A DNA stretch of 32,000 nucleotides. Origin: Wigglesworthia glossinidia endosymbiont of Glossina morsitans morsitans (Yale colony) (lineage in GTDB: Bacteria > Pseudomonadota > Gammaproteobacteria > Enterobacterales > Enterobacteriaceae). Of the stretch, positions 29,296 to 32,000 are shown in pieces; position 1 is the stretch's first letter, and each line of letters opens with the position of its first letter. The notes under the pieces were generated by a model, which was given only the letters and a program-made list of their open reading frames with translations, searched no databases and was not told the DNA's origin. The stretch is taken from NCBI RefSeq assembly GCF_000247565.1, contig NC_016893.1, positions 540,001 through 572,000 on the forward strand, read 5' to 3'. The translations under genes and the position numbers were made by a program.

Positions 29296-31215
29296 TTGAG
29301 CGACATGGCTAAAAACTTAATTCTTTGGCTAATTATCGCAGTTGTTTTAATGTCTGTTTTTCAAAGTTTCGGGCCAAGTGATTCTAATAGACGTAAAGTA
29401 GATTATTCAACTTTTATGCTAGAATTAAATCAAGAGCAAATTAAAGAAACTCGTATCAATGGTCGAGAAGTTGTGGTTTTTAAAAAAGATGGTAGTAGAT
29501 ATACAACTTATATTCCAATTAATGATTCTAAATTATTAGATATTCTCTTATCAAAAAATGTAAAAATAATCGGAGAACCCCCAGAAGAACCAAGTTTACT
29601 AACTTCTATTTTTATTTCCTGGTTTCCTATGTTGTTATTAATCGGAGTATGGATATTTTTTATGCGTCAAATGCAAGGAGGCGGTGGAAAAGGAGCAATG
29701 TCTTTTGGAAAAAGCAAAGCGCGCATGTTAACAGAAGATCAAATTAAAACAACATTTCTAGATGTTGCTGGTTGTGATGAAGCAAAAGAAGAAGTAAGCG
29801 AATTAGTGGATTATTTAAAAGAACCAAAACGATTTCAAAAATTAGGTGGCAAAATTCCTAAAGGTATACTTATGATCGGTCCTCCTGGAACAGGTAAAAC
29901 ATTGTTAGCCAAAGCTATTGCAGGAGAAGCTAAAGTACCATTTTTCACAATTTCAGGATCTGATTTTGTAGAAATGTTTGTAGGAGTTGGCGCTTCTAGA
30001 GTAAGAGATATGTTTGAACAAGCCAAGAAAACTGCACCATGTATTATATTTATTGATGAAATTGATGCAGTAGGACGTCAAAGAGGTGCCGGATTAGGAG
30101 GAGGACATGACGAACGTGAGCAAACATTAAATCAAATGTTAGTAGAAATGGATGGTTTTGAAGGAAATGAAAGCATTATCGTAATTGCTGCTACTAACAG
30201 ACCAGATGTTTTAGATCCAGCATTATTAAGACCAGGAAGATTCGACAGACAAGTTATCGTAGGATTACCCGATGTACGCGGAAGAGAGCAAATATTAAAA
30301 GTACATATGAAACAGGTTCCTGTTGCTTCTGATGTAGATTCTGCAATTATTGCACGCGGTACTCCTGGATTTTCGGGAGCAGATTTGGCAAATTTAGTAA
30401 ATGAAGCAGCTTTATTTGCAGCAAGAAAAAATAATATACATGTATCAATGACAGAATTTGAAAAAGCAAAAGATAAAATTATGATGGGCACTGAAAGAAG
30501 ATCCATGGTAATGACAGAAATACAGAAAGAAGCTACTGCATATCACGAAGCAGGACATGCGATTGTTGGTCGTCTAGTACCAGCACATGATCCAGTACAT
30601 AAAGTCACTATTATTCCTAGAGGACGCGCTCTAGGAATTACTTTCTTTCTACCTAAAGGCGATATAATTAGTACTAGTAGACAAAAATTAGAAAGTCAAA
30701 TTTCTACTTTATATGGCGGGAGACTTGCAGAAGAAATTATTTATGGAATTTCTCAAGTTTCTACTGGAGCATCTAATGATATTAAAGTAGCCACATCTAT
30801 TGCACGCAATATGATTACACAGTGGGGTTTTTCTGATAAACTTGGTCCATTGCTATATGCAGAAGAAGAAGGAGAAATATTTCTAGGTCGATCAGTTGTA
30901 AAATCTAAACATATTTCTGATAAAACAGCGTGTATTATTGATCAAGAAATTAGAGCTTTGATTGAGAAAAATTACTTAAGAGCTCGTAAATTAATTCTAG
31001 AAAATATTGATATTTTACATGCTATGAAAGACGCTTTAATGCAATATGAAACTATCCACGCTTATCAAATTGATGATTTAATGAATCGAAAACCAGTGCG
31101 TCCACCATCTGATTGTACTGAAACAAAAACAAAAACTCATAGTGCAACAAATCGATTAGCAAATCAAAATCAAGCAAACATTATCAATAAAAGTGTTTTC
31201 AATCAAATTCAATAA
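29296..31215 (+). CDS. ftsH: ATP-dependent zinc metalloprotease FtsH (TTG start, or ATG at 29305)
   Basis: 639 aa: [105 protein letters not shown]. Confidence 0.99.
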   Translation: MSDMAKNLILWLIIAVVLMSVFQSFGPSDSNRRKVDYSTFMLELNQEQIKETRINGREVVVFKKDGSRYTTYIPINDSKLLDILLSKNVKIIGEPPEEPSLLTSIFISWFPMLLLIGVWIFFMRQMQGGGGKGAMSFGKSKARMLTEDQIKTTFLDVAGCDEAKEEVSELVDYLKEPKRFQKLGGKIPKGILMIGPPGTGKTLLAKAIAGEAKVPFFTISGSDFVEMFVGVGASRVRDMFEQAKKTAPCIIFIDEIDAVGRQRGAGLGGGHDEREQTLNQMLVEMDGFEGNESIIVIAATNRPDVLDPALLRPGRFDRQVIVGLPDVRGREQILKVHMKQVPVASDVDSAIIARGTPGFSGADLANLVNEAALFAARKNNIHVSMTEFEKAKDKIMMGTERRSMVMTEIQKEATAYHEAGHAIVGRLVPAHDPVHKVTIIPRGRALGITFFLPKGDIISTSRQKLESQISTLYGGRLAEEIIYGISQVSTGASNDIKVATSIARNMITQWGFSDKLGPLLYAEEEGEIFLGRSVVKSKHISDKTACIIDQEIRALIEKNYLRARKLILENIDILHAMKDALMQYETIHAYQIDDLMNRKPVRPPSDCTETKTKTHSATNRLANQNQANIINKSVFNQIQ

Positions 31216-31235
31216 AATTAACATCATTAAAGCTT

Positions 31236-32000
31236 ATGCTTACAAAACTAAAGAATATATTATCAAAACCGTGCATCATGGGAATTTTAAATGTCACACC
31301 GGATTCGTTTTCTGATGGTGGACAGTTTACTTGCATAAACAAAGCGATTAATCACGTTCGTTTTATGATAGACTCGGGTGCTAAAATTATCGATGTTGGA
31401 GGAGAATCTAGTCGTCCAGGAGCAAAAAGGGTTAGCGAACTTGAAGAATCAGAACGAGTTATTCCAATAATAGAATATATTTTAAAAAAATTTAATGTGT
31501 TTGTTTCAGTAAATACATCGCATTTTTCTATTATGCAAGAATGTATAAAACTTGGTGTACATATAATAAATGATATTAGATCATTTTCTGAATGCAATTC
31601 GTTACATGATATTATTGATAGCGATGTTATGCTGTGCTTGATGCACATGAAAGGAAATCCAGAAAATATGCAAAAATTTCCACAGTATAAATGTATAAAA
31701 TCAGAAATAAAAGAATTTTTTACAAAAAAAATTTCTTTTTTTATTAATCAAGGAATAAAAAAAAATCGTATAATCATTGACCCCGGTTTTGGTTTCGGAA
31801 AAAATATGGAACATAATTATCATTTATTAGCAAATCTAAAAATTTTTTTAGAATTTCAAGTTCCTATACTTGTAGGATTTTCAAGAAAAGTAATGACAGA
31901 TATAAACAAAAAATATTTGCCAAATAAACGAATTATCGGAAGTATTGTATGTGCAATTCTTGCATGTATTGAAGGTGCATCTATTATTAGAGTACACGAT
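31236..32000 (+). CDS. folP: Dihydropteroate synthase, 5' part (runs off the window end, so absent from the ORF track)
   Basis: Open frame MLTKLKNILSKPCIMGILNVTPDSFSDGGQF...IDVGGESSRPGAKRVSELEESERVIPIIE...GVHIINDIRSFSE...LCLMHMKGNPENMQ...IIIDPGFGFGKNMEHNYHLLANL...VGFSRK...IIRVHD; follows ftsH as in E. coli. Confidence 0.97.
   Translation, partial: MLTKLKNILSKPCIMGILNVTPDSFSDGGQFTCINKAINHVRFMIDSGAKIIDVGGESSRPGAKRVSELEESERVIPIIEYILKKFNVFVSVNTSHFSIMQECIKLGVHIINDIRSFSECNSLHDIIDSDVMLCLMHMKGNPENMQKFPQYKCIKSEIKEFFTKKISFFINQGIKKNRIIIDPGFGFGKNMEHNYHLLANLKIFLEFQVPILVGFSRKVMTDINKKYLPNKRIIGSIVCAILACIEGASIIRVHD

Noticed and set aside
29835-30506. Antisense ORFs within ftsH (29835-30026 and the 124-aa ORF 30132-30506)
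   Set aside because: The opposite strand is very highly conserved AAA+ coding sequence; the long antisense frame is a codon-bias artefact.
31352-31648. Antisense 98-aa ORF at the window end
   Set aside because: Lies opposite the recognisable FolP reading frame.

Overview
This 32-kb, strongly AT-rich window looks like part of a reduced gammaproteobacterial (Enterobacterales-like) insect-endosymbiont genome. That lineage call comes from remembered protein similarity and E. coli-like gene-order blocks, not from a database search, and I do not assign a species. Gene content in order: groL (partial) | dsbA, polA (5'-3' exonuclease part only) | yajC(-) | msbA, lpxK (broken at two A11 tracts), ycaR, kdsB | rplS-trmD-rimM-rpsP(-), ffh(-), gshA(-) | purK-purE(-), lpxH(-), cysS, folD(-), tRNA-Arg(UCU) | hemD-hemC(-) | infA(-), cca(-), ribB | DAHP synthase(-) | recA, alaS, tRNA-Ser(GCU), tRNA-Arg(ACG) | greA, rlmE, ftsH, folP (partial). 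The window is ordinary housekeeping DNA. I found no phage, transposon, CRISPR, toxin, defence or secondary-metabolite system, and no credible previously undescribed system. The best signal is lpxK, split over three reading frames by two 11-A homopolymers that each need exactly one extra A to restore a full-length protein. This fits the transcriptional-slippage rescue known from insect endosymbionts, or assembly error. Several unusual substitutions in highly conserved motifs (TrmD, Ffh, FolP, KdsB, DsbA) are secondary observations.
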